NCBI GenBank assembly: GCA_014240375.1
Contig: JAAZXB010000006.1
Location: 45,592-109,591, forward strand
Length of the DNA stretch: 64,000 nucleotides
Source: Planctomycetota bacterium
Lineage (GTDB): Bacteria > Planctomycetota > UBA8108 > UBA1146
Direction of reading: 5' to 3'
Shown: positions 29,369 through 39,324 of the stretch, piece after piece
Layout of the letters: each line of letters begins with the position of its first letter
Position numbering within the stretch: the stretch's first letter is position 1
Position numbers and translations under genes: made by a program
Notes under the pieces: model-generated
Databases searched by the model: none
Told to the model about the DNA's origin: nothing
What the model saw: only the letters and a program-made list of their open reading frames with translations

Positions 29369-30694
29369 ATGAAGGTGCAGTGCCTGAAGGGTTTCCGCGA
29401 CTACCTTCCAGAGGAAATGCTACAAAAGGATCGGATGCTGAGGGCGGTTCAGCAGGTCTTCGAGTGTCATGGATATCCTCCACTGATGACTCCCGCTCTG
29501 GAGTATTCAGAAATATTGCTCGGGAAATATGGCGAAGAAGGAGAGATGCTCCTCTATCGCTTTCGCGACAACGGCGATCGAGATGTGGCGCTGCGCTACG
29601 ATCTGACCGTGCCGCTGGCTCGCGTTCTCGCCGAGCACGGTGAGATCACCATGCCATTTCGCAGGTACCAGATCGCTCCGGTCTGGAGAGCAGAGAAGCC
29701 CGCCCGAGGTCGCTTCCGTGAGTTCATGCAATGCGATGTGGACCTGGTGGGAGCCGATACTGCGGCCGCCGATGCCGAGATGCTGGTGATCGGAACCGCA
29801 GTGATGAAGGAACTGGGGATTTCTGGCTACCGCATCCGGATCAATCACCGAGGCATCCTCGGTGCTCTTTGCCGTCTGGCGGGGCTCTCTGCCGCGGGGG
29901 AGGTCGAGTTCCTGCGATTGTTGGACAAGTTGGACAAGATCGGAGCCGATGCCTTCCGCGATCAGACCGGAAAAATTTCGGGTATCGACCAGGCTGGAGT
30001 GGAAAGCGTTCTGGAGATTGTGTTGGCCAGCACCGGTGATTCGTGGCAAGTCCTTCAGCGACTCGAAGACGCACTTGGTTCCGATGCAGAAGCGGCCAGT
30101 TCTATCGAGCGAATGAGGAAAGTTATGAATCTGGTGGAAGCTTCGGGAGTGGCGGAGCAGTGCCACATCGATCCGTCCATCGCCCGTGGACTCAGTTACT
30201 ACACCGGCCTGGTATACGAGACCTATCTCGATGAATTACCAGGCTTCGGTTCGGTGATGAGCGGCGGGCGATACGACGGACTGGTGGGAATGTTCTCCGG
30301 CAAGGATCTTCCAGCGATCGGTATCAGCCTCGGAATCGATCGTCTCTTCTCTGCCATCCAGGAGATGGGTCTGCTGGAAGATCGCAGCCAGCCTGCGGAA
30401 GTGCTGGCGGTGCAGTTCTCGGAGGATCTGGCACCTGCCACCTTCGAGGCAGCGGCACGGCTTCGTGGGGCTGGGATCGCCACCGTGGTCTACCCGAGGG
30501 AAGCAAAGATGAAGAAACAGCTCCAGTTCGCCCAGAAGGCAGGGATCCCGTTTGTCGTGGTGATCGGCGAGGATGAGAAGAGCCGGGGCACCCTTCAATT
30601 ACGCGATATGGAAAAGGGTTCTCAACAGGAGATCACCATCGAAGAGGCGATCCGAATCATCGGCGCTGAAGTTTCTGAGGAAACCGATCAATGA
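29369..30694 (+). CDS. hisS: Histidine--tRNA ligase
   Basis: KGFRD, LRYDLTVP, WRAEKPARGRFREF.QCD, ARGLSYYTG, GGRYD. Confidence 0.96.
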   Translation: MKVQCLKGFRDYLPEEMLQKDRMLRAVQQVFECHGYPPLMTPALEYSEILLGKYGEEGEMLLYRFRDNGDRDVALRYDLTVPLARVLAEHGEITMPFRRYQIAPVWRAEKPARGRFREFMQCDVDLVGADTAAADAEMLVIGTAVMKELGISGYRIRINHRGILGALCRLAGLSAAGEVEFLRLLDKLDKIGADAFRDQTGKISGIDQAGVESVLEIVLASTGDSWQVLQRLEDALGSDAEAASSIERMRKVMNLVEASGVAEQCHIDPSIARGLSYYTGLVYETYLDELPGFGSVMSGGRYDGLVGMFSGKDLPAIGISLGIDRLFSAIQEMGLLEDRSQPAEVLAVQFSEDLAPATFEAAARLRGAGIATVVYPREAKMKKQLQFAQKAGIPFVVVIGEDEKSRGTLQLRDMEKGSQQEITIEEAIRIIGAEVSEETDQ

Positions 30695-31518
30695 GTAATA
30701 ATACCAAGCATTTTGAAGTCCCCATCGATGAGCAACGAGTGGTCCGGGCATCGGTCGATGAACCGATGAGTCCGACATCTCGATCGAAGGTCATAGTGTT
30801 CATTCCTGGATTCAAGGGGTTCAAGGACTGGGGTGGCTGGCCGTGGTTTTGTGGCGAGTTGGCGAAAGCCGGCCATCGAGTCCATCGGCTCAACCCATCG
30901 ATGTGTGGGGTCGGCCCAAGCCTCGACTCTTTCGATGAACCGGAACGATTTGCCCAGCAGACTCTGGGGCACGATGTCGAGGATCTGGAAACGTTTCTGC
31001 TGCGTCCCGAGGTGGGCTCGGACGAGGTGATCTTGCTCGGGCACTCTCGAGGGGGCATCGTTGCGGCTCTCACTGCAGCGGCCTCTTCTCAGGTCGCAGG
31101 CGTGATCACCATGGGAACTCCGGATGCACTGCTTCGCCTCAGTGATGAGGAGATTGAAGAGTGGCAATCTCGAGGGAAACGAGAAGTTGTCAATGCTCGA
31201 ACTGGAGAGGTCCTGTACCAGCATCTGGCGGTACTGGAAGACTACCTGGATCAGGAAGAGTTCTACAACGCCCCGCAAGCACTGGCCAAAGCAGCGGTGC
31301 CGGTGCTAGCGATCCATGGTGAAGCAGACCCATCGGTCGAGAGTTCCTGCGCGACCCGATTGCTCGAGGATGTCGATTCTGATCTCGCTCGCAAGGTCCT
31401 CATTGCAGGAGCGGGCCATACATTTGGGATGGTTCACCCCTTCAGCGATCCCAGTCCTCATGCTGAGCAGATGCTCGAGGTGATCACCGATTGGCTGCAG
31501 GAAAAGTGGCCTCGATGA
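30691..31518 (+). CDS. Alpha/beta hydrolase
   Basis: GFKGFKDWG, GHSRGG nucleophile elbow, HGEAD, GAGHTF. Confidence 0.9.
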   Translation: MSNNTKHFEVPIDEQRVVRASVDEPMSPTSRSKVIVFIPGFKGFKDWGGWPWFCGELAKAGHRVHRLNPSMCGVGPSLDSFDEPERFAQQTLGHDVEDLETFLLRPEVGSDEVILLGHSRGGIVAALTAAASSQVAGVITMGTPDALLRLSDEEIEEWQSRGKREVVNARTGEVLYQHLAVLEDYLDQEEFYNAPQALAKAAVPVLAIHGEADPSVESSCATRLLEDVDSDLARKVLIAGAGHTFGMVHPFSDPSPHAEQMLEVITDWLQEKWPR

Positions 31519-32609
31519 AAAGGTATCCGGCATACGACCCGATCGAGTACCAGCAGTGGCAAGCCGATCCTGCGGTGATGAAACAGTACCAGAGCAAGAG
31601 CGAGGAGCCCCGAGTAGAGGCTTCTGTGGCGAGCCTTGGCGCCTCGGGTCTGATCGATCTGTACAAGGGACTGTTGAGAGCACGCCTTCACGACATCGCA
31701 TTGAAGCGATGGGTTCGCACTGGAGTCATCACCAAGGCCTGGCTCGGCTGCGGTGAGGAAGCAGTGACCATCGGCGCATGTCATGCTCTCGGCCCGGATG
31801 ATGTGGTCGGTCCCATGATCCGCAATGCCGCTGCCACATTTGAGCGAGGCATCCCCATCGAGGAGTCTTTCCGCTCCTATCTGGCGACCGGGGATGGAAT
31901 CACCCAAGGACGAGATCTTCACTTCGGGGATCTGGACCATGGGGTGGTCGCCCCGATCAGCCATGTCGGGGATCTGGTCCCTGTTTGTGCTGGGTTCGCC
32001 CTCGCATTTCAGTTCAAGAAGGAGCCACGGGTGGCCCTGACCTGGGTCGGCGACGGATCGACTCGAACCGGTGCGGTTCACGAGGGACTCTCGATGGCAT
32101 CGAGTCGTTCACTCCCCTTGATCGTGATCATCGAGGACAACGCAGTGGCGCTGGGTACCCGGCGAGATGATCGGTTGGCGAATTCTCTCGCCAGTATGGC
32201 TGCGAGTTACGATGCTGTCGGGCTCGAGTGTGATGGCAACCATGTGCTGGATGTACATGCTGCGGTTTCCGAGGCACGAGAGATCTGTATCGACGGTAAG
32301 GGACCGGTGATCATCCTGGCCCGTACATTTCGATTTGGCGGCCATGCTACTCACGACGAGGCCGAGGCTCGTGATCTGTTCGAGCCACAGGAGTTCAAGG
32401 AGTGGGCCCTTCGAGATCCCATCGGCTGCTTCGAGGAGTGGTTGCTGGGTCAACGGGAGCGGCTCGGAATGGATCCTGGACCTGCGCTACAGGAATGCGA
32501 GCAACAGGTCATCGACGAGGTGGAGAAGGCTGCGGAGACATCACTGGAGAGTCAGAAAAATTCGTTACCCGATGCCGATGCGATGCTGGGGGATGTGTTC
32601 GCAGGTTGA
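31515..32609 (+). CDS. ThDP-dependent 2-oxoacid dehydrogenase E1 alpha subunit
   Basis: GEEA, GDGST...EDN ThDP motif, DGNHV, RFGGHATHD, DPI. Confidence 0.9.
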   Translation: MKRYPAYDPIEYQQWQADPAVMKQYQSKSEEPRVEASVASLGASGLIDLYKGLLRARLHDIALKRWVRTGVITKAWLGCGEEAVTIGACHALGPDDVVGPMIRNAAATFERGIPIEESFRSYLATGDGITQGRDLHFGDLDHGVVAPISHVGDLVPVCAGFALAFQFKKEPRVALTWVGDGSTRTGAVHEGLSMASSRSLPLIVIIEDNAVALGTRRDDRLANSLASMAASYDAVGLECDGNHVLDVHAAVSEAREICIDGKGPVIILARTFRFGGHATHDEAEARDLFEPQEFKEWALRDPIGCFEEWLLGQRERLGMDPGPALQECEQQVIDEVEKAAETSLESQKNSLPDADAMLGDVFAG

Positions 32610-32616
32610 GCGGTGA

Positions 32617-32976
32617 CTAGTCGCTCGAGGCGGCCTGTTCAGCCGGATCCTCGATGCTGAAGGAAGTCCCACAGCCACAGGCTCCACTGGCATTGGGATT
32701 TTCGAAGACAAAACCGCGCCCCATCAGAGACTCCTTGAAATCGACGGTGGTGCCGTTGAGGAACATCCATGACTTGGGATCGACGATCACCCTCACGCCC
32801 TCCACATCGATGACTCGATCCTTCTCGGTCGGAGCCTCGACGATATCCATGCCGTAGGACATGCCGGCACAGCCACCCCCCTGGACATAGAGACGCAATC
32901 CACCCTCTGCCCCGGCGGATTTCTCCAGGGTCAATCGTGCAATCTCTTGTCCTGCGGCTTCCGTGACGTGAATCAT
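32617..32976 (-). CDS. A-type Fe-S carrier (IscA/ErpA/HesB)
   Basis: GGGCAGMSY and NPNA..ACGCGTSF. Confidence 0.95.
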   Translation of the reverse strand: MIHVTEAAGQEIARLTLEKSAGAEGGLRLYVQGGGCAGMSYGMDIVEAPTEKDRVIDVEGVRVIVDPKSWMFLNGTTVDFKESLMGRGFVFENPNASGACGCGTSFSIEDPAEQAASSD

Positions 32977-32997
32977 TTCTCGAATCCTCCTAGCGGG

Positions 32998-33062
32998 CGA
33001 CCGTGTGGGTCGACCGTGTGGGTCGACCGTGTGGGTCGATCGTGTGGGTCGATCGTGTGGGG
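32998..33062. repeat. 13-bp tandem repeat x5 (CGAYCGTGTGGGT)
   Basis: Read directly; directly upstream of the IscA-like gene RBS. Confidence 0.92.
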
Positions 33063-33191
33063 CGACTGTACGAGCGAATTTGGTCAGCGCTTTGCCGATG
33101 GAATCGCTTCAATAACTCCAATTTAACAGCAATTACTCGGAAACTCCAGCGATCGGGTGGCGTTTCCGCAGGAGGCTATCGGTGATACCTT

Positions 33192-34202
33192 TTGACAGAA
33201 GGAGTTCGGTTGTCCGTCACCTTGAAATCACTGGCTGCGGTACCTACCTGGCTCACCTTGCAGGTGGTCACCATCTTCATCGGTTGGCTTCCGATTTCCC
33301 GTGCCAGGAGCCTGGGGCGATTCCTCGGGCGCTGCGGTTGGAGATGGCGGAGAGCGGAGCGTAGGCGCACCTGTGAACAGTTGCGACAACTGGATCCGGG
33401 GCTCGGTCAGAAAACACGTCAGCGCATCGGGAAACGTTGCTTCGAGCAGATGGGAGAGACGATCCTCGAACTGGTCTCGCTCGCCGGAAAGGAGCTGGAT
33501 CAGCTCGGCAGTCCTCCTCGGCGCGGGGGGGTCGCCATCGAGGGGCTCGAAGAATTTCGCAGTAAGATTGCTGAACTGAGGTCCGATGGTAGGGGAGTGA
33601 TTCTCATCTCAGGACACATCGGGAGCTGGGAACTCGCCGGTTCGATCGTCGGCAGGGAGTTCCCCAAAGACAGTTTGTTCCTGGCACGACGCTATCTGGA
33701 TGCGGTCGAACAGAACTGGGTCAATGGTCTCCGCTGTCGACTTGGCGATCGTCTGGTCTTCCAGGATGAGTCATTGTTACGATCGCTTCGATTGCTCCAC
33801 GGAGGTGGAATCCTCGCGATGCTGACCGACCTCGATATCAAGAGGATGGAGGGGATACACATCCCCTTTCTTGGCAAGGAAGCCCATACCACCACAGCTC
33901 CCGCACGACTGGCTCTCAAATCAGCGGCGAGGTTGCTGCCCTTCTTCATCATCCGGGATCGCCACGGATATCACATCGAGGTGGATCGGCAGATCGATCC
34001 CTCTCTCCTGACAGGATCGGAGGAGCAGCAGATTCGAGAGGTCACCATCGAGATGAATGGGGCCATCGAGCGAGCGATCCGCCGTCATCCATCGCAATGG
34101 CCCTGGATGCACTCCCGCTGGCACTCGACCCCGGAGATCGTTGAACGACGAAAAAGAGCGCGTGCTCGCCCCTCGCTTGAGGGAGAGGCCGTTGAGGCAT
34201 AA
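33192..34202 (+). CDS. Lipid A secondary acyltransferase (LpxL/HtrB family)
   Basis: SGHIGSWE, PFLGKEA.T..APARLA, IRRHPSQWPWMHSRW. Confidence 0.88.
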   Translation: MTEGVRLSVTLKSLAAVPTWLTLQVVTIFIGWLPISRARSLGRFLGRCGWRWRRAERRRTCEQLRQLDPGLGQKTRQRIGKRCFEQMGETILELVSLAGKELDQLGSPPRRGGVAIEGLEEFRSKIAELRSDGRGVILISGHIGSWELAGSIVGREFPKDSLFLARRYLDAVEQNWVNGLRCRLGDRLVFQDESLLRSLRLLHGGGILAMLTDLDIKRMEGIHIPFLGKEAHTTTAPARLALKSAARLLPFFIIRDRHGYHIEVDRQIDPSLLTGSEEQQIREVTIEMNGAIERAIRRHPSQWPWMHSRWHSTPEIVERRKRARARPSLEGEAVEA

Positions 34203-34302
34203 GATGCGTGCTGACTCGATCGAAAATCCGGCTCTCGGAGAGGGCTCACCACCGGAGTGATCTTGACCCATCGTGCGCCACCAGTACGGAAGGAAACTGC
34301 GG

Positions 34303-35184
34303 ATGAAAATTCTCTCGATCTTCTCGACTCTGACCTTGTCATTGTTGCTGGGGGCGATGCTGATCACCACTTCGTTTCTGTCGGGGCAAGATGCTCCCGA
34401 ACTTTCGTGGAAGAAGGGCGATGGGGCAGAGGTTTTTCAGCAAGGAAAGACCGCCTACGCCGCGCAACAGTTCAAGGAGGCGTATGGTTTCTTCAAGGAC
34501 GCACGCAAGCAGGCCAAGAATCGAGATACCCGCGCTCATGTCGAACTGTGGCTCGCCTCGACCGAAGGTGCCAACGAACTGACGGCTCTCAAGAAACAGG
34601 CCGCCGATGGAAAAGAGAACGCTGCCTATCGCTTGGCAGTGAAAAACTATTCAAAGTTTTCCAAGACGCTGGTTGGAGAGGAATACAAGAATTTCCTCAC
34701 CGAACTGCAGAGAAAATTGTTTCACGTACTGGAAGATTTCGAGCGCGTCTCTCGTCGATACTCGGAAAAGTACGGCAAGAAATTTATCGACGAAGCCCAG
34801 TGGGTGCAGGAGGGCAAGCGAGCCTTGAAGTGGGATGTCGCATCGGGAAAGACCGAGTTGAAGATCAAGGGAGTCCCTGGTGGTCTGTCCGCCTACAAGT
34901 CGATCGCATTCTATCTAGACATGCCCAGGGGAGGGTCACCCTACCAGCTGGTGTTCGTCGTCCCTGGGAAATCGGAGGCGGGGGTGAGCCAGGTGAAGGT
35001 GGTCAGCAACGCCTACATCGCCCAGATGAAATCGCACAAGGGCCTCAAACGGATCGAAGTTCCGCTGCGGAATTTCAAGGGCCAGGGAGATGTGTCGTGG
35101 GATCGGGTCAAGGATTTCAGGATTCAGTTTCTCGGTGCAAAAAAGTTCACTGCCTATATCGACTTCATTGCGCTGCTAAAGTGA
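34303..35184 (+). CDS. Secreted hypothetical protein with helical N-terminus and galactose-binding/CBM-like C-terminus
   Basis: Signal peptide; C-terminal beta pattern (IEVPLRNF...WDRVKDFRIQF...YIDFIALL). Confidence 0.6.
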   Translation: MKILSIFSTLTLSLLLGAMLITTSFLSGQDAPELSWKKGDGAEVFQQGKTAYAAQQFKEAYGFFKDARKQAKNRDTRAHVELWLASTEGANELTALKKQAADGKENAAYRLAVKNYSKFSKTLVGEEYKNFLTELQRKLFHVLEDFERVSRRYSEKYGKKFIDEAQWVQEGKRALKWDVASGKTELKIKGVPGGLSAYKSIAFYLDMPRGGSPYQLVFVVPGKSEAGVSQVKVVSNAYIAQMKSHKGLKRIEVPLRNFKGQGDVSWDRVKDFRIQFLGAKKFTAYIDFIALLK

Positions 35185-35917
35185 GCCCTGAAGTTCCCAG
35201 GGGTGAGGTTCCCGAGCCCTCGCGCCAGCAACGATCGAGGTCATCGGTGGCCTGATCGGTCGCCTCGTCGAGTGCACTCTGAAAACGCAAAGCCGCATCG
35301 CGGTCTCCACTTCGCTCGGTAGCGGGATAGACCGGTGCTCCCACAACGATCACCGCTTTGCCCCAAGGTGCTGGTAGGATCATCCGATCCCAGGTGGATA
35401 AACGCATCGATCGATCGACGGCGAATCCCAGCGGGATCATCGGGATCCCGGTTCTTCTCGCCAGTGCTGCGGCACCTTCTTTAGCCTCTTTTGGAGGGCC
35501 CTTCGGACCGTCGACAGCGAACACCGGGGAGTTCCCCTCGTGTACCAGCTTTTGCAGATCTTGAAAGCCACGCAGTCCTCCACGAGAACTGGACCCGAGG
35601 GCCAGAGCCACATCGAGATAGTACAGAGCCGAGCCGAGTCGGGCACCATCGTGGTGCTGGCTGGTGATGGCGGCAAATCCATTGGAGCGCAGGGTGTAAC
35701 TGAGGGGTAGAACCCACTCGTGCCAGAAACCGACCACCAGGTTGCCATGATTTCGCAGGGCGTCGATGGCGTGGTGACCTCCCGACCAGCGTAGATCGAG
35801 GGAGTCATACAGCGCCGGTAGGAGCACCGAAAGTGCCCGGCCTGCGAGGGGATAGGGTGGCTCGGCGGAGGTGTCCTTCATGGCTTCAGGATGAGGGAGC
35901 AGGGGGGGGCTGGTCAA
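35165..35917 (-). CDS. DUF374/LpxJ-like acyltransferase
   Basis: FWHE, SQHHDG, GSSSRGG, VDGPKGP, TWDRMILPAPW. Confidence 0.88.
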   Translation of the reverse strand: MTSPPLLPHPEAMKDTSAEPPYPLAGRALSVLLPALYDSLDLRWSGGHHAIDALRNHGNLVVGFWHEWVLPLSYTLRSNGFAAITSQHHDGARLGSALYYLDVALALGSSSRGGLRGFQDLQKLVHEGNSPVFAVDGPKGPPKEAKEGAAALARRTGIPMIPLGFAVDRSMRLSTWDRMILPAPWGKAVIVVGAPVYPATERSGDRDAALRFQSALDEATDQATDDLDRCWREGSGTSPLGTSGLTLAAQ

Positions 35918-37020
35918 TGAGACGCTACCTCCTCATCGCTGCGATTTAGCAGCTCCAGTAACGCCTGTTCGACCGCGGCCACCGGGATCGCTGACATGCA
36001 GAAGGAGTGATCGCAATCGCGCAGGTTGCAAGGAGAGCAGGGGATGGCACTGCGCAGGACGCGAGTCCACGGCTGTCGTGGGGCGTAGATGCTGGGGTCC
36101 TTGGGACCGTACAGACCGATGGAAGGGATGCGGCGAATCGCCCCGAGGTGGAGGATTCCGGTGTCTGCTGCGACCACAGCTTGGCAGCGTCCGATCAATG
36201 CCGCCATCGCAGTCAGATCTCTGGTCTCGGGAGCGGCGTGCACGCGGGCTCCCGCTCCCGAGACGATGGCGTCTCTTGCTGTCCGATCTGCTTCGCCACC
36301 GGAGATCCAGATGCGGTGACCGCGGTGAGCCAGCGATCGCGCCAGTTCCATCCATCGCAGTGCTGGCCACTCCTTGAAACGGCCGAAGGCGCTGACGAAG
36401 GGATGCAGCAGGATCGGAGCCTCGCCATCTTTGAGTGTCTCGATGAGAGTCTCGTCGAGAGTCTCGTCGAGAGCATCGTCGACCTCACCGATCTGACCCG
36501 GCGGCGGCGCTCCATCCCAGCCGAGAGCCCTCACCACCGAGAGGGCCCGGTCGGTTCGATGGACTCGCCCGGCAACTTCGGGCGGGTGAAACCCTCGCCA
36601 CCAGCGTGGCAATTCACCACCGTCCTGCGGATGAATTCCGATGATGCGATCGGCTCGAGCCAGCAAACGAATCAGCGCCGATCGAAAATTGGACTGCCAG
36701 TCGATCAGCAGGTCGTAGTGTTGCTCACGCAATTCCCGGGTGAATCGGGCGATCATCGGCCAGGCATGGACACGCTGATCGGGCTGCTTCCAGCTCCTTT
36801 TCAATTCGCTCCTGGGCAGGCTCAAGACCCTGTTCAGTGACGGATGGCCCAGTAACAGGCCGCTCGACAGGGACTCGGTCACGGCGTCGATCCGGGCTTC
36901 AGGAAATTGCTCAGAGAGTGCCTCCAGAGCGGGCAGAACCTGAATCAGATCACCGACGGCGGACAGCCGCACGATGAGGATCGAGCGCGGGAACAGGGGT
37001 TCGCTGGGCAGTGGTCTCAC
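35914..37020 (-). CDS. GT9 LPS heptosyltransferase (WaaC-like)
   Basis: LIVRLSAVGD, KEWP, AADTGILHL, LYGP, CSPC. Confidence 0.9.
   Translation of the reverse strand: MRPLPSEPLFPRSILIVRLSAVGDLIQVLPALEALSEQFPEARIDAVTESLSSGLLLGHPSLNRVLSLPRSELKRSWKQPDQRVHAWPMIARFTRELREQHYDLLIDWQSNFRSALIRLLARADRIIGIHPQDGGELPRWWRGFHPPEVAGRVHRTDRALSVVRALGWDGAPPPGQIGEVDDALDETLDETLIETLKDGEAPILLHPFVSAFGRFKEWPALRWMELARSLAHRGHRIWISGGEADRTARDAIVSGAGARVHAAPETRDLTAMAALIGRCQAVVAADTGILHLGAIRRIPSIGLYGPKDPSIYAPRQPWTRVLRSAIPCSPCNLRDCDHSFCMSAIPVAAVEQALLELLNRSDEEVASH
36433..36480. repeat. In-frame degenerate 12-bp repeat x4 (DDAL/DETL/DETL/IETL)
   Basis: GAGAGTCTCGTC units within the GT9 gene. Confidence 0.75.
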
Positions 37021-37092
37021 GTGGGGTAGAATGATCCCCCCGGGGCTTCGAGGGAAGCCCTGTTCGCAGCTCGAGGGGGGATTCCCCTGGAA

Positions 37093-38217
37093 GTGAGCCC
37101 GATGAGCGTTCTTCTCGGAATTGAGTTACAGGGATCGACCGTCTCCTTGCTGGCGGTGGATCGCAAAGGCACTGTCCTGGCACAGGTACAAGAGCCGGTC
37201 AGTGTTCCTTTTCAGCAGTGGTGGGGAATTCATCCCGATGAGCGGGTGAGATCGGTCCGGGCGCTGCTGCAACACGCTTTGCAGGAGGGGCTGATCCGCC
37301 CTGCGGCGGTGGCGGCCATCGGCATCTCCTGTGAGTCTTCGCTGGTGCTGGTCGATGCAGAGATGGAGCCGATCCCGCCGCGCGCTCTCAACTGGCAAGA
37401 ACTGGATCCGGTCGCAACGCTTCCTCGGCAGGTCCTCCGCTCGACCCTGGCCAGTTATCCGAGCATCTTACGCGGCCTCCATTGCGTCTTCGATCTGCAG
37501 GACTGGCTGCGCTACCGCTGGACCGGAGCAGTGGCCACCACCACCACCTTCGCCTGGAATATCGGACTGTCCAGTTCGCGTAGTCCAGGTCAGCGCTGGG
37601 ATGCACAAGAACTCCAGCAACTGGGACTCGAGTCGGGACAGGTCCCTCCGCTGATGCCGGGACCCCATAAAATCGGAACCCTTGCCGAGGAGTTGGTGCG
37701 AGAGACGGGATTGCCGAGAGGCACCTGGTTTTGTGGGGGTTCCACACCGCAAGCCGCACGGCTTTGGCTCGCTGCAGAACCTCGCCCGGGCCAGCGAATC
37801 GTTCTGCTCGAGCCCGATGGGGCGACCTTGTGGAGAGTCGGGGGAGAACCGAAGTCAGCGGACTCGATCGAAGATGTGATTCCGTCTCCCTACGGTGATC
37901 ACTGGTATCATCGAGAAGCGGTGGAGGTTGCGGATCCCCGTCGTGGGGACACCCCGATCGCCGATGTGGTGCATGACGCTACTGATATCGATTCCGAGCA
38001 GTCGTGGAGTGTGGATCGGCAATCGATGATGGTCTCCGCCGATTTTGGTGCCCCGTCGAGAGCCCCGGCACTGCTGGCAGGAGTCGGACTCGGCTGGTAT
38101 CGCGACCTGAGGCCGCTATGGCGCAAGCGTTGTCGATGCGGATCTCTTCAGGAGTGGATCGATCAATCGATTCATGATGAGGGATCCCCGGATGTGGAGA
38201 CGAGAGAGCAGACGTGA
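37093..38217 (+). CDS. Degenerate FGGY-family carbohydrate kinase-like protein
   Basis: LLGIELQGSTV, AAIGIS, DWLRYRWTG, GTL..ELVRETGL; short and with altered motifs. Confidence 0.7.
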   Translation: MSPMSVLLGIELQGSTVSLLAVDRKGTVLAQVQEPVSVPFQQWWGIHPDERVRSVRALLQHALQEGLIRPAAVAAIGISCESSLVLVDAEMEPIPPRALNWQELDPVATLPRQVLRSTLASYPSILRGLHCVFDLQDWLRYRWTGAVATTTTFAWNIGLSSSRSPGQRWDAQELQQLGLESGQVPPLMPGPHKIGTLAEELVRETGLPRGTWFCGGSTPQAARLWLAAEPRPGQRIVLLEPDGATLWRVGGEPKSADSIEDVIPSPYGDHWYHREAVEVADPRRGDTPIADVVHDATDIDSEQSWSVDRQSMMVSADFGAPSRAPALLAGVGLGWYRDLRPLWRKRCRCGSLQEWIDQSIHDEGSPDVETREQT

Positions 38218-39233
38218 AGAGCAGCACGACCCTCAAGGACCAGCTTCCAGCTCGCTTTCGCGGAACCATGCTCGGTGCCGCCATCGGCAGCGCCCTTGGC
38301 TTTCCCCATTCTGGATCATCCCGAACCTTCATGAGGGCTCTGGGATCCGAAGTGATCGAGGGCTATGTCCGACATCGTAACGGCTACTTCCCGGTGGGGC
38401 AGCATGGTGCCGGCGTCCAGTTGATGACACTCGCTGCGGAAGCGATCGCCACTGTCGGTTCGGTGCAACCGCAGTCGATCGTCGATCACTGGATTCCGTT
38501 GTGGCGCGAAAATCGCATCATCGAGCGTCTCCCCGATGTCGATGTGGCGATGTCTCGCTGGCTGCGTCGCGGCCCGGATGCCCGGGGCTGTGCCTGCGGA
38601 CCGGGCGAGGTGGGCAGTGGATCCCTGGTGTCTAGCGTACTGATCGGGCTGTGGGATCACGATGATCCCACTTCGCTGGTCGATGACTGCGAACGCTTGA
38701 TCGGTGTGACTCATGAGGACCCGGAGGTTCGAGCAGTCAGCTCGGCGCTGGCCAGTGTCATCAGTCATAATCTCACCCACAAGGATGTAGTGCTGGGAGA
38801 CGTGATCGATGGAGCCACTGCCGCTGCGGCTCGTATCGACATGGCAGTGGCGGAACGAATCCAGGAGATCCCGATGCTGCTCGCCTCCTCCGAACTGGTG
38901 GCCTTTGATCAACTGGCCAGTTCTCCCGACGAGATTTCAAATGCCGATCACTCCGGAATCGAAAACCGAGCTCTACCGATCTTCCTCGTCGCTCTTCACA
39001 GCTGGTTGAGAAACCCAGCGGAACCGATGCTGGTGATCGGTTCCTGTCTCTCGTCAGGTGGAGCGGTGGAGATGACCGCAGCGGTGGGTGGGGCGCTGGC
39101 AGGCTCCTGTATCGGCGAGCATCGCTTTCCTGCAGTGCTGAAGGAGGGACTGCTGGAGGGGAAAGAGATCTCTGCTGCAGCCGACCTTCTCTACCAGAGC
39201 CAGGTCCAGGAACGCAGACGCAGGAAACTCTAG
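38214..39233 (+). CDS. ADP-ribosylglycohydrolase-family protein, catalytic Asp motifs absent
   Basis: RFRGTMLGAAIGSALG, VTH.DP, AAVGGALAG..IG. Confidence 0.8.
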   Translation: MKSSTTLKDQLPARFRGTMLGAAIGSALGFPHSGSSRTFMRALGSEVIEGYVRHRNGYFPVGQHGAGVQLMTLAAEAIATVGSVQPQSIVDHWIPLWRENRIIERLPDVDVAMSRWLRRGPDARGCACGPGEVGSGSLVSSVLIGLWDHDDPTSLVDDCERLIGVTHEDPEVRAVSSALASVISHNLTHKDVVLGDVIDGATAAAARIDMAVAERIQEIPMLLASSELVAFDQLASSPDEISNADHSGIENRALPIFLVALHSWLRNPAEPMLVIGSCLSSGGAVEMTAAVGGALAGSCIGEHRFPAVLKEGLLEGKEISAAADLLYQSQVQERRRRKL

Positions 39234-39324
39234 TGCAGTGGCGTCACCGCCGTGTCCTTGGTATCTTCAATCCTCTGATCGTTTTGCATATGCGATGATT
39301 TCCAAGCGATCGACAGGAGATGAA

